A program made the translations under genes and the position numbers. DNA of 64,000 nucleotides. Origin: Candidatus Latescibacterota bacterium (GTDB lineage: Bacteria > Latescibacterota > UBA2968 > GCA-2709665). Below, piece after piece: positions 48,541 to 58,765 of this stretch; the first letter of the stretch is position 1; every line of letters begins with the position of its first letter. The stretch covers positions 2,272,001 through 2,336,000 of the forward strand of contig CBDCOX010000002.1 in assembly GCA_965219995.1 (NCBI GenBank). The letters run 5' to 3'. The notes beneath the pieces were generated by a model. The model was given only the letters and a program-made list of their open reading frames with translations, made no database searches and was not told the DNA's origin.

Positions 48541-50217
48541 CTATCTGACTTCCGCGTCCCGCATCGCAGGGACGTGGGTCCGTCCCTGCCGCGCTGAATA
48601 ATATGCGCGGTCCGCCAACAGTCTTTTCGCCCGATCGAACAGCTTAAGCGTCTGTACGATTTGCGGATCCTGACTTACGGCGACCCGGCCCGCCTCCCGG
48701 TCTCCCCAGCGGAACTTCGCGAAATATCTCTTCATTTGCCGCTTGATCAGATCGATGCCCGATTCGAAATCACGGTCTGTAAACGTCAGATCCGTATCCC
48801 ACTCCTTGAGGAATGCCTTGAATTCCGTGATCTCGCGAACCCCGGGCGCATATTGCTGAAAATAGGATTCAAAATCCGGATACGCAGCCGTAAACTCCGA
48901 AGCGCTCCGGCTTGCGAATTCGAAAAAGTGCCTCGGGGCCAGCCGCTGTTCAAAATCGCCGGGATGCTCCGAGTCCAGCTCCACGTCGGGCGTGATCCCG
49001 CCGCTGCCGTATACCTTGCGCTGCAATATCTGCGTAAAATAGACCGGTTGGGACAACACACTGTCCGGATCGGCGTTGGGATCGTATCCGTCGTGCGCCT
49101 CTTGCAGGTATGCCCGCCTGTCGCTGGAATAGGGACGCTGGATCGGCCGTTCGCTGGGCGTGAAGTAGCGCGCGACGGTAAGCAGCACCGCGCCCCCGTT
49201 TTTCAGCGAATACTGCTTTTGAACCAGACCCTTGCCGAACGTGGTCCGCCCGACGACGAGCCCGCGGTCGTAGTCCTGGACGGCGCCCGCCACAATCTCG
49301 GAAGCGCTGGCACTGTAGTTGTCGACCAGTACCGTCAGCGGCATATCGAGCGGTACTATCGGATCGCGATCCGCGAAATGATCTTCACGCGAACCCCGTC
49401 TGCGGCCTTCCGTATACACCAGAAGCCGGTCCTTCTCCAGGAACTGGTCGGCCACCGCCACGGCCTGCTCGAGGTACCCCCCGCTGTTGCCGCGCAAATC
49501 GAGGATCAGCTTCGCGGCGCCACCGTCGATCAGCACGTCCAGCGCGTCCTGCAACTCCCGTGAGGTGCGGCTGGAGAACCGGTCGATCTTCACGTAACCC
49601 GCGTCCGCATTCAGTTTGAACGCATACGGCACGCTGGGCACTTCAATTTTGTCACGAATAATCTCAAAGCCAAGGGGGTCGGTCACTCCGGGGCGTTGAA
49701 CCAGAACATTCACCCTGCTGCCCTTGGGACCCTTGAGACGCTTTTTCACGTCATCGGTCTTCCGAATGCCAACCACCGACACGCCGTCGATCTTTACGAT
49801 CCGGTCACCGGGCTGAAGCCCTGCCTTGTAGGCCGGAGATCCGACAATGGGGGACAAAACCGTCAGCTGGCCCGCGATGATTTCGAAATAGATCCCGATT
49901 CCCTCGAACGAGCCGCGCATCCGTTCCTGGGTGTCCTGGAGTTCCTCCGGCGAAATATAGGTTGAGTGGGGGTCCAGACGGGAAAGATAACCTTCGATTG
50001 CACCGTGATACAGTTCGACCGGATCCGTCCTTTCATAATACTGACGCCGGATCAGGTCGGCCAGCTGATCCAGGGTATGCGCCTGCATTGCCGTATTTAC
50101 GCGAGGTGGGGGATCCGCTACTGCCGTACATGGACGACCCGCCGCCCACACGATGATCAGTATGGGAACAACCCGACGTATGACCGGCATACAAACCTTT
50201 CGGAAGTCACGCGACAT
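48541..50217 (-). CDS. S41 carboxyl-terminal protease (CtpA-like)
   Basis: LDPHSTY, PDZ GIGI, LDLRGNSGG, SASASEIVAG, TFGKGLVQ. Confidence 0.92.
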   Translation of the reverse strand: MSRDFRKVCMPVIRRVVPILIIVWAAGRPCTAVADPPPRVNTAMQAHTLDQLADLIRRQYYERTDPVELYHGAIEGYLSRLDPHSTYISPEELQDTQERMRGSFEGIGIYFEIIAGQLTVLSPIVGSPAYKAGLQPGDRIVKIDGVSVVGIRKTDDVKKRLKGPKGSRVNVLVQRPGVTDPLGFEIIRDKIEVPSVPYAFKLNADAGYVKIDRFSSRTSRELQDALDVLIDGGAAKLILDLRGNSGGYLEQAVAVADQFLEKDRLLVYTEGRRRGSREDHFADRDPIVPLDMPLTVLVDNYSASASEIVAGAVQDYDRGLVVGRTTFGKGLVQKQYSLKNGGAVLLTVARYFTPSERPIQRPYSSDRRAYLQEAHDGYDPNADPDSVLSQPVYFTQILQRKVYGSGGITPDVELDSEHPGDFEQRLAPRHFFEFASRSASEFTAAYPDFESYFQQYAPGVREITEFKAFLKEWDTDLTFTDRDFESGIDLIKRQMKRYFAKFRWGDREAGRVAVSQDPQIVQTLKLFDRAKRLLADRAYYSARQGRTHVPAMRDAEVR

Positions 50218-50300
50218 CGACTCAGACCGCCAAAAAAGCGTTTCAACATAACGACGGCAGCCGGTGATGTCAAGGAGAAACCACATCCGCCGCGGCTCCA

Positions 50301-51035
50301 TCAGCCGCCGGATCCGGCGGCCCTGTTTTTCGATTTCGTCATTGAAAACACCAGCAGTTGCTTGGAAAACAGGTAGTACTCCTTGAAATTGAGTTTGCTG
50401 GTGCTGTACTGCCGATTGCGGAACACGTAGGGTACCTCGACAAATGTCGACCAGGTTCCCTTGACAAGGATCTCGAGCAGAATCTTGTACCCCGGAGACG
50501 TCAGCGTCACGCCCTGCAGCACCCGGCGATGCAGGAAGAAATACCCGCTGAGCGGATCCTGTACCCCGGTCAGTTGCCTCGCGGCGAGCACGCCGGCCTG
50601 GGAGATCAGCTTTCGATACCATGGCCACCGCTCCACGCGGCTTTCGGGGTTATAGCGGCTGCCAAGCGCGAGATCGCATTCCCGCAGCCCCTGAATCAAT
50701 CGGGGCAATACCGCCGGATCGTGGCTCAGGTCCGCGTCAATCACGCCAAGACAATCGCGGTCCGACCTTTGAAATCCCTCCATCACCGCGCTGCCGAGAC
50801 CCAGTTTGCCGGACCGGTGTACCACCTGAACAGGATATCGGCCCTTCAGCGCTTCCGCTTCCTCGCCGGTGCCATCCGGTGAAGCATCATCCACGACGAT
50901 CAGTTCCAGATCGATCTCCGGGAACCGACCGACCGCTGAAAATACTTCGTCCGCCAGAAGGGAGATGTTCGGGCGTTCGTTATAGGTTGGTGTAATCAAA
51001 GACACGCGCAACGGGGATTCACCCATGTCAATCAC
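50301..51035 (-). CDS. Polyprenol monophosphomannose synthase-like GT2
   Basis: PTYNE, VVDDASPDGT, DADLSH, DPLSGYF. Confidence 0.9.
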   Translation of the reverse strand: MIDMGESPLRVSLITPTYNERPNISLLADEVFSAVGRFPEIDLELIVVDDASPDGTGEEAEALKGRYPVQVVHRSGKLGLGSAVMEGFQRSDRDCLGVIDADLSHDPAVLPRLIQGLRECDLALGSRYNPESRVERWPWYRKLISQAGVLAARQLTGVQDPLSGYFFLHRRVLQGVTLTSPGYKILLEILVKGTWSTFVEVPYVFRNRQYSTSKLNFKEYYLFSKQLLVFSMTKSKNRAAGSGG

Positions 51036-51943
51036 CTGACCTTTATGCCCATCTTCCTGCCGGTCGCCTTCAGATTTTCGGAAAAAGACCGCAGAACGGG
51101 ATTGAACCGCCCGCGTGCCAGGTCGAGCTTCAGGCCTGCTCCGGGGGGTCTGGTCGCGGTCTGCCCCAACTCCCTGGAAGTGACGGGCACAACCAGGTCC
51201 TCGTCGAAATTGAAACAGCGGCAGATCTGCTTAACCATTTCATACCGGCTCAGGTATTCAGGCCCGGCAAAATGGACCACACCGCGGAAGTCGCAGCGAC
51301 ACAGTTCGAGGAGAAACACGGCAAGTTCGTCCACATGCGTGGGATTTGCCCATTCGTCGGTTACGACCCGGATGGTCTCGCCACGAAGCAGCGACTCCAG
51401 AGCCCACGTCACGAAATTGGGCCTGCAATCCGCACGATATCCGTATAGTACCGCCGTCCGGACCACGATCCCCCGGCGCAAAGAGGCCAGCGACAGGACC
51501 TCCGCGTCGAGCTTGGTCTGTCCGTAGACGTTGACGGGATTGGTGGGATCGGTCTCGGCATAGGGGCCCGCCAGGCCGTCGAAGACGTAGTTCGTTGAGA
51601 CGGTCACGAGGCCGGTGGCTGCGTCTTCGCACGCCCGAACGAGGTTCCGGGTTCCACAAACGTTCACGCGGCGCGCCAGATCGGGATCGCGTTCACACCG
51701 GTCCACGCCGGCCTCCGCGGCCGCGTTGATCACCCAGTCCGGCCGCGCCCGTGTAATCGCCTCCCTGACGGAGCCCGCATCCGTGAGGTCCACCCGCAGA
51801 CAGTCGGATACCGAATACGGCGCCCGCGGCCTGCGGGCCGCGGGTATCCGCCGGTAACCTTCAAAAGGCACGTCGCAAAGCGCGCGCCCCAGGAATCCGG
51901 AAGCCCCGACAATCATTACGGCCTTTGTCTTCCCTTCTTCCAT
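51032..51943 (-). CDS. dTDP-4-dehydrorhamnose reductase family (RmlD-like)
   Basis: GASGFLG, INAAA..VDRCE, STNYVFDG, YGQTK. Confidence 0.85.
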   Translation of the reverse strand: MEEGKTKAVMIVGASGFLGRALCDVPFEGYRRIPAARRPRAPYSVSDCLRVDLTDAGSVREAITRARPDWVINAAAEAGVDRCERDPDLARRVNVCGTRNLVRACEDAATGLVTVSTNYVFDGLAGPYAETDPTNPVNVYGQTKLDAEVLSLASLRRGIVVRTAVLYGYRADCRPNFVTWALESLLRGETIRVVTDEWANPTHVDELAVFLLELCRCDFRGVVHFAGPEYLSRYEMVKQICRCFNFDEDLVVPVTSRELGQTATRPPGAGLKLDLARGRFNPVLRSFSENLKATGRKMGIKVR

Positions 51944-51961
51944 ATGTACCACACGTACAGG

Positions 51962-53542
51962 TTACGGAAGTTCATGATCGGATTCTCGGGGCTCGGACCG
52001 CCACGTACGGCCGGCCCCGAGGCGCAGGTACATCGCCATTCCTCTGTAGAGCGCGCCGGCATTGGCTGCGCGCCTGAGGTGGCTGTTCGCCAGCGTCTCA
52101 AGAATCTCACCGGCCGTTTCTCTATAGCGCGAATGGCCGGTCAGCGCGTACAACCTTGAAAGCACCTGAACGGCCACCCCGTTACCCGACGGGACCAGAC
52201 GATCCACCGCGTGGATGACGGCCGTGTCCGGCTCCGGCCAGCGGTCGCGCATCGCGCCCGCGTCATCGAAGAGCCGCTCCAGCATCACATCGGTGAGTTC
52301 CGATGCGAACCGGAAGTCACCGTCGTGACCGCGCACGCTGTATAAGTCCAGCGCGGCCCTCGCAACCAGGGCCTGGTCCGTCAGCAGAAACAGCGGGTCT
52401 CCGGAAGGATTCAGGACGTGCCGCACCCCGCCGTCCGGATGGGTAAGTTGCTTCCGGACGGACGCCAGAACGTCACGCGCCATATCCAGATAGGCGGTGG
52501 TTCCGGAAGCCTGATAGAGCGCGACAAACCCGGTAACGGCCAGGGCGTTCCAGGAGGTATAGACGGCCGGGTCTCTCGGGGCCGCGGGACCCGCCTCCAA
52601 AAGGACCACGTCTCCGGATTGTTCGGAAAACCCCGCGAGGCCGGCAACGAACAGGCCCGATTGCGAAGCATAGAGCCCGCCCGCCAGCGCGTCGCCAAGA
52701 TCAACCGCCGCCGCCGTGTCCACACGCGCCAGAACAGCCAGCCAACCCGCATTTGCCGCCAGCGTCTTTTCTCTGTCGAGCACGGCGCCGTCCGGCGTGA
52801 GCGCGCGCTGGAAGAAAGTCCCGTCGGAATCGCGCAACGGACTTGAGACGATCGCCTTCAGCCGCTCCAGCGCCAGGGCCCGCGCCGCCGTACCGTCCGC
52901 ATCGAGAAGGGCAAGAAAGGACTCGGGTCCCGGCACCTCTCCCCGCTCCAGCGCGGCCGCGGTGCTGTCGGAGAATTGGTGCAGCAGGCCGGGCGCCGGC
53001 GCTACCCGGGGCACATTCGGCGCCTCTCTCGCCACCCATCGCGCCAGATTCCGCCGCGCGCGTTCAAAATCGCCCCAGCGCTTCGGGTTGTTGAAATGGA
53101 CCCGCACCCGGCGCAGCAGTTCCCGCAGATCATCCGGGTCCAGATACATGGACCCGGTCATCCAGTCGCCGTCGGGAGTCAGGAACGACGTTGAAGGCCA
53201 GCCGCCCACACCGAACCGCTCCGCCAGATCGGGCCGCCGGTCCACGTCCACCCTTACCGGCCACGTACCCTGTCCGATCAACCGCGCCAGTTCGGCGTCG
53301 CCGAAACACCGTCTGACCATATCCCGGCACCAGTAGGACCGGCTGGAATAAAGATAAAGAAACAGCGGTCGATTGAGAACCCGCGCGGAATCCCGCTCCG
53401 ACCATGTCCGCCAGTTTACCCGCCCTGGCGGCGGGGCGGTCAGGTCGGACCTGTCCGGCGCCCGCTCACAGGCGGCGAACCCGGTATTCAGAGTCACGCA
53501 GAGGCAGGCCGCAAGCATTGGGTTCGGCAGAAAACGAGACAC
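51962..53542 (-). CDS. DUF255/thioredoxin + alpha/alpha-barrel protein (YyaL-like)
   Basis: VDVDRRPDL, GGWPSTSFLTPDG, PSGN. Confidence 0.78.
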   Translation of the reverse strand: MSRFLPNPMLAACLCVTLNTGFAACERAPDRSDLTAPPPGRVNWRTWSERDSARVLNRPLFLYLYSSRSYWCRDMVRRCFGDAELARLIGQGTWPVRVDVDRRPDLAERFGVGGWPSTSFLTPDGDWMTGSMYLDPDDLRELLRRVRVHFNNPKRWGDFERARRNLARWVAREAPNVPRVAPAPGLLHQFSDSTAAALERGEVPGPESFLALLDADGTAARALALERLKAIVSSPLRDSDGTFFQRALTPDGAVLDREKTLAANAGWLAVLARVDTAAAVDLGDALAGGLYASQSGLFVAGLAGFSEQSGDVVLLEAGPAAPRDPAVYTSWNALAVTGFVALYQASGTTAYLDMARDVLASVRKQLTHPDGGVRHVLNPSGDPLFLLTDQALVARAALDLYSVRGHDGDFRFASELTDVMLERLFDDAGAMRDRWPEPDTAVIHAVDRLVPSGNGVAVQVLSRLYALTGHSRYRETAGEILETLANSHLRRAANAGALYRGMAMYLRLGAGRTWRSEPRESDHELP

Positions 53543-53848
53543 GAGAGTTTGGTTCAGGATAACGATTCAACGGGAACGGCCGTCCATTTCGCCGGTACCG
53601 CAACTCCGACCGGGAAATCGTGACGGCGAACGGAAAAGTCGGGAACCGCTGTATGCCAGACGCGTTTATATCTTGAAATCGACGAAAAGACTTGACATTC
53701 CGGCGACGATTAACGTAACTTTCGTGCTTGATGAGATTCAGGGAAGTTCGATCTCCGGAGGCCTTGGCGAAACGCCGGTTGCTACCGATATACATCGTCC
53801 CTGAAAGACCCTCTCGCGGGGCTTCCCGGAAACGATGTTTCTGAATCG

Positions 53849-54106
53849 TCAGCGGACATTCGAAAGTGGTATCGCCTCTTCGACCAGCATAATCGGGATA
53901 TTGTCTTCAATCGGATACAGGTAAGCGCCGTCCTCTCGAACCAGGCCTCCGTCAATGGGGTTCTCAACGGGGGATCCGCCCCGATTGCACACCTCGCCCT
54001 TTTCGATGCGTTCGTTAATCCTTTCAATTAATGCCCGACCTGCCAGCCTTACGGGTGTCCTGTTTTCCGGGCAGGCCAGAATGTCGAGCAGTTCCTTGTC
54101 AATCAC
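53849..54106 (-). CDS. Trm112-like small protein
   Basis: IDKELLDILACP...YPIEDNIPIMLVEEA. Confidence 0.85.
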   Translation of the reverse strand: MIDKELLDILACPENRTPVRLAGRALIERINERIEKGEVCNRGGSPVENPIDGGLVREDGAYLYPIEDNIPIMLVEEAIPLSNVR

Positions 54107-54527
54107 GGTGCGGTCCCTTTCAAATACGAACGCTTGAAACACGGATCCGGTGTCCTGTCTTCTCTCAGATTGACAGAAAATAGTCAACCACCGGTTGTCG
54201 AACAAGCTTTTTTCCGGCAGGAGCGCCTATTCTGAACATTCGCTGACGTGTTTTGCCCCTGGTTCCACACTTTCGTTCCATAATAAGAAGCCGTCGACAA
54301 GGCTGGCCGTCACCGCCTCCCGGGGCGATTGTCGCGTTGTGGACTTGACGTCAAAACCTATAGCGAGTGGAGTGCCCGTGCCGTTGCAGCGTTTACCCGG
54401 GTCGCCGGACAAGAAAAGGGGTACCCGCCTTCCCACCCCTTTCCGCACCCGGTTTTTTGTGCCCTGTCGCCTTGACAATTTCCGCCGGGCCCAATCGAAC
54501 GAATAACACCTCAAGGAGCCGAACCCC

Positions 54528-55574
54528 ATGAAAAGCAACCCGTTGTGCGTGTGCCTGACCGGCATTCTCCTCTCCTTCGTGTTCGCGTGTCCGGGCCCGT
54601 CGTGGGCGACGCCGGAGAGCCAGGCCGCGGCGCCCTTTCTTCTCTTTCAACCCAGCGCGCGTTCCGCTGGAATGGGTGAGGCGTATATCGCGATTGCCGA
54701 CGGCGCCAACGCAACCTATTACAATCCGGCTGCCCTGGCAGACGACACGAACAGGCATATGAGTACAACGATGTACAAGCCCGTGCCATCGCTGGCCAGC
54801 GACATTTTCACCTCGTTCGGCGCGTACACGCAGCCGGTCGAAGGCGTGGGCAACCTGGGCTTGAGCCTGATCTACACTTCCCTCGGGTCCCAGCACCGTA
54901 CCGACTCCCAGGGCCAGGACCTGGGCAAATTCACGAGCTTCGGCCTGGCCGTGGCCGTATCTTATGGAACCTTTGTCGTGAAAGACGTTTCCGTGGGCGC
55001 AACCATGAAGTTCATTCACGAGAAACTGGCCAGTCAGGGGGCCGGCATTGAAAAGGGAAAGGGCGCCGGCACGTCCTTCGCCGGCGACCTGGGTTTCATG
55101 TGGAAAGCTTCGGATCGCTTCACCCTGGCCTGGGCGCTGCGAAACGTGGGACCGAATATTACGTTTATCGATGCGGACCAGGCCGACCCGCTGCCGCAGA
55201 ATTTCACGATCGGCATTGCCCACAAGATGTTGCAGCGAGGGAATTCAACGCTGCTTCTTGCCGCGGACATCTATAAACCTCTGGCCGACGAAGGCTTTTT
55301 CTCCTTTGCCACCGGCTGGAGCGACCGAAACGGAAGCGAGGAATTCAAGGATATCGACTACCATGCGGGCATCGAATGGAAATACAACCTTTCCGAAGAG
55401 TCCGCCTTCGCCCTGCGGTCGGGATATTTCCACGATGAGGACGGTGACCGGAAAAGCCCGACCTTCGGCCTGGGTCTCAAATACAACTGGGCGACATTCG
55501 ATCTCTCCTACTTTGCCAGCAGCGGCTCCGCCATCCAGAACGTCTTTCGATTCACGGGCGGCTTCTCATTCTGA
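54528..55574 (+). CDS. PorV/PorQ-family outer-membrane protein
   Basis: PFLL..PSARSAGMGEA, YYNPAAL, ADPLP, LRSGYF; terminal Phe. Confidence 0.82.
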   Translation: MKSNPLCVCLTGILLSFVFACPGPSWATPESQAAAPFLLFQPSARSAGMGEAYIAIADGANATYYNPAALADDTNRHMSTTMYKPVPSLASDIFTSFGAYTQPVEGVGNLGLSLIYTSLGSQHRTDSQGQDLGKFTSFGLAVAVSYGTFVVKDVSVGATMKFIHEKLASQGAGIEKGKGAGTSFAGDLGFMWKASDRFTLAWALRNVGPNITFIDADQADPLPQNFTIGIAHKMLQRGNSTLLLAADIYKPLADEGFFSFATGWSDRNGSEEFKDIDYHAGIEWKYNLSEESAFALRSGYFHDEDGDRKSPTFGLGLKYNWATFDLSYFASSGSAIQNVFRFTGGFSF

Positions 55575-55683
55575 GACAATGGAACGGCTTGTCCTTCCGC
55601 TGTTTTTCGTTTGACTTCTCAAAGGGTCGAAAACCATCGTGTGGTTGCGGCGGGTTGAACCCAGACGCAGGCTGCAAACGCGA

Positions 55684-58600
55684 ATGGCGCAGAAGCAGAC
55701 GACATTTGCGTTCCTTCTCGCCATTTGCTTTTTCTGTCTCGTTCCACCTCCGTCTGAGGTTCAGGGCGCTGTGGAGACCTGGCGCATCCTGGCCGTCCGT
55801 GTGTCGTTTTCGGTGGAAGATCCCGACGACGGGACGACCAGCGGAAACGGCGCCTTCGATCTCCGGACCTTCGATTCGGTCCGCGATGACTATGTCTTCC
55901 CCTTCGACGCCCCGCCGCACGACAGATCCTATTTTGAAGCGCACCTCCAGGCCCTGCGCAACTACTACCTGCAAATTTCCAACGGGCAGCTCGATATAGA
56001 GTACACCGTGTTTCCCGAGGATGCGGACGGCAGCTACCTTCTGGACCGACCGCTGAAGGAATACGGCAACGGGCGCACCCGAAACGAAATCGCCCAGCGA
56101 ATCACACAGCTCTTCCGTGACGGGATCGCGGCCGCCGACACCGCCGAAGGGACAAACCTGGATTTTTCCGCTTTCCAGGCCTTCGTGGTCTTTCACGCCG
56201 GGCTCGGAGCGGAGGCTGGCGGACAGGCCATCAACGATATTCCGTCCGCTTTCGTGTCCCGCAATGACCTCGACCGGTTTGCGGACGGACCGATAGAGGT
56301 GGACGATGGGGCGGCAACTGTTCAAAACGGCATGTTGCTGCCCGAAGCCGTCGGTACGGACGGAAGGGCCGGTCTGAACGGAACGCTTGTCCGGTTCTTC
56401 GCGCACCAGCTGGGCCTGCCAGGGCTGTCGAATTTCGAAGACGAACTCCCCGCGGTGGGAGACTGGAGTCCGCTGGATACCGGCGGCCCCGGCGCCGTGG
56501 CCTCCGCGCCCCGCCTGGGCCTTCAGCCGCCGAATGCAGACCCGGGAGACAGCCTGCTCATCGGCTTTGTACCGAGCCGCATGCTCGCGTGGTCCCGTAT
56601 CCGCCTCGGATGGCTGGAGCCGAAGGTCGTCTCACGGAACGACACCGTGCGGCTGGCTGCCCCGCACGTTGCGGGTTCCAACCTGCCACAGGCCGTCAAG
56701 ATCCCCATCAGCGCCACCGAATATTTCCTCCTGGAAAACCGCATCTCCCGGCTTGCCGTACACGGGCGCAAACCCGACGTCGAATTCTCATCCGGAGATC
56801 GCGTTTGGCTCTCGGTGGACGACTACGACGCCTTCATTCCGGGTTCCGGCATTCTGATCTGGCACGTGGACGACGCCGTCTTTCAGGCCAGTGGCGACGG
56901 CGTTGCCGTCAACAGCAATCCGCAGTATCTTATCGCCCCGGGCCAATACCGGCGGGGAATCTCGCTGGAGGAGGCAGACGGCCTGGAAGATATCGGCAAC
57001 AATGCCGCGGACCGGGTTGTGCAGGCCGGCATCATCAGCCTGGATGCCATCGAGGGCAGCGCCCGAGATCCGTTCTATTCGGGCAACGCATCCCGTTTCG
57101 GACCGGACACCGTGCCCGCCAGCAGCAGCAACCTGAACTATCGCACGGGAATTACGATTCAAGTCCTCAGCCCCCCTGCCGATACGATGGACGTGGTCAT
57201 CACGTTTGACTACCAGCAGGATGCGTGGCCTGCAACCGGGTTGGCGAACGTCGGGCTGCAGGCCCCCCGGGCAATCGACCTCGACGGCGACGGCGTCAAA
57301 GAAATCCTCCGCAGCGGCGGCCACTTCGGTCCGGACCCCGCCGAGGGGTCCCCCGAAAGAATCGCCCTGCCGCTCTCTCTGAGCGGAAATCCTGCCGTCC
57401 TGCCGGCCGATGCCGCGTTTCCCTTCGTCACCTCTTTTAGCCCCGCCGTGGGCGATATCGACGGAGACGGCGAAGCCGATTTCATCTACGCACGAGGCCC
57501 CACGCCCGTTCTGTGGCGACGCAACGGCACCACGGCCCCGTCCGCGGGCGCGGCGCCCGAGGTCTCCTGCCCGCCCCTCATCGCGAGGTTTGCGGGCGGG
57601 GCGGTGGATATCTGGGGCTGGACGAACGGGGACGTGACCTGGGGCAATCTGGAGGGAGCGAACACGGGTGTCGCGCAGATGGTCGGCGGAGCCGTCGTCG
57701 GCCTGGCAACCGGAAACGTGGACGACGATCCGGACAGCGAGATTGTCGCCCTGACGGGCGACGGCGGGCTCTTCGTTGTCAAGGCGGATGGACACGTCCA
57801 ACAGGTGGGCACCCTTTCCGGGTCCGTCCCGGGAACCCCTGTGCTGGGCGACCTGGACAGGGACGGGCGGGATGAGATCGTCGCGCTGGACGCGGACGGT
57901 GTGGTATCCATCTTTTCCAGCGGGAGCATGACGGCTCAAAGCGTGCCGGTGCCCGGCGGCGCGGGTTCGGCGCCCGTGCTGGGCGATCTGGACGAAGACG
58001 GATACATCGAGGCGATCTTCGGCGGCGAGGGACGCCTTTGGGTCGTGCGCTTCAACGGGGTGCACCAGACCGATACGCCGCTGGCGTTTCCGCTCAAGGA
58101 CGAAGCCGGTCTGATCTCAGCCCCACCCGTACTTGCCGACATCAACCTGGACGGCGACCTGGACATTTTCGCGGCCACGAAGGGAGGCCTGGTGTACGGT
58201 CTCGGTGCTGACGGCTCAGGCCTTGCGTCCTTTCCTCTGCCCGTTTCAGGCCCGGTCCGCGCATCGCCCCTGCTTGACGACCTGGACGACGACGGCACCC
58301 TCGAACTGGTCGTCTTCACGACTGACGGTGCGGCGCATCTCTGGCACCTCGAGACCTTCGACGCCCATTTTACGGGCAATCATCTCGTCTGGAGCCAGGC
58401 AGGAGGGGGACCGGGAAACGCGGGCCGTCTCCTCACGCTGCCCAGCGATCCGCCGCCGGAAACCACGTCGCTGCTACTGCCGCCGGACCAGGTCTACTGC
58501 TATCCCAATCCCATTCGCGGGACGTCGGCCACGATCCGGTTTTTTCTCGGCAGGAGCGCCCGCGTCCAGGTGGCCGTGCTCAACGCGCTGGGTGAAATCG

Positions 58601-58758
58601 TCGACAGGATGACCATGGAGAATCCAACGCCCCGTACGGACAACGAGCTCCGCTGGAACACGGGCGACTATGCCAGCGGTTTCTACGTATGCCGGGTGGA
58701 AGCCATTTCCGAAGAACGAACCGAAGTCCGCTTCGTCAAGACCGCTATCATCAAATAA
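55684..58758 (+). CDS. Secreted M6-peptidase-like + FG-GAP repeats + T9SS-type C-terminal domain
   Basis: EYFLLENR, GILIWHVD, GDLDxDG repeats, YCYPNP...ASGFYVCRV...K. Confidence 0.78.
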   Translation: MAQKQTTFAFLLAICFFCLVPPPSEVQGAVETWRILAVRVSFSVEDPDDGTTSGNGAFDLRTFDSVRDDYVFPFDAPPHDRSYFEAHLQALRNYYLQISNGQLDIEYTVFPEDADGSYLLDRPLKEYGNGRTRNEIAQRITQLFRDGIAAADTAEGTNLDFSAFQAFVVFHAGLGAEAGGQAINDIPSAFVSRNDLDRFADGPIEVDDGAATVQNGMLLPEAVGTDGRAGLNGTLVRFFAHQLGLPGLSNFEDELPAVGDWSPLDTGGPGAVASAPRLGLQPPNADPGDSLLIGFVPSRMLAWSRIRLGWLEPKVVSRNDTVRLAAPHVAGSNLPQAVKIPISATEYFLLENRISRLAVHGRKPDVEFSSGDRVWLSVDDYDAFIPGSGILIWHVDDAVFQASGDGVAVNSNPQYLIAPGQYRRGISLEEADGLEDIGNNAADRVVQAGIISLDAIEGSARDPFYSGNASRFGPDTVPASSSNLNYRTGITIQVLSPPADTMDVVITFDYQQDAWPATGLANVGLQAPRAIDLDGDGVKEILRSGGHFGPDPAEGSPERIALPLSLSGNPAVLPADAAFPFVTSFSPAVGDIDGDGEADFIYARGPTPVLWRRNGTTAPSAGAAPEVSCPPLIARFAGGAVDIWGWTNGDVTWGNLEGANTGVAQMVGGAVVGLATGNVDDDPDSEIVALTGDGGLFVVKADGHVQQVGTLSGSVPGTPVLGDLDRDGRDEIVALDADGVVSIFSSGSMTAQSVPVPGGAGSAPVLGDLDEDGYIEAIFGGEGRLWVVRFNGVHQTDTPLAFPLKDEAGLISAPPVLADINLDGDLDIFAATKGGLVYGLGADGSGLASFPLPVSGPVRASPLLDDLDDDGTLELVVFTTDGAAHLWHLETFDAHFTGNHLVWSQAGGGPGNAGRLLTLPSDPPPETTSLLLPPDQVYCYPNPIRGTSATIRFFLGRSARVQVAVLNALGEIVDRMTMENPTPRTDNELRWNTGDYASGFYVCRVEAISEERTEVRFVKTAIIK

Positions 58759-58765
58759 CCGTCCG

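Noticed and set aside
50218-50628. N-terminal extension of the S41 protease ORF
   Set aside because: Overlaps the GT2 gene; the signal peptide begins after Met at 50217
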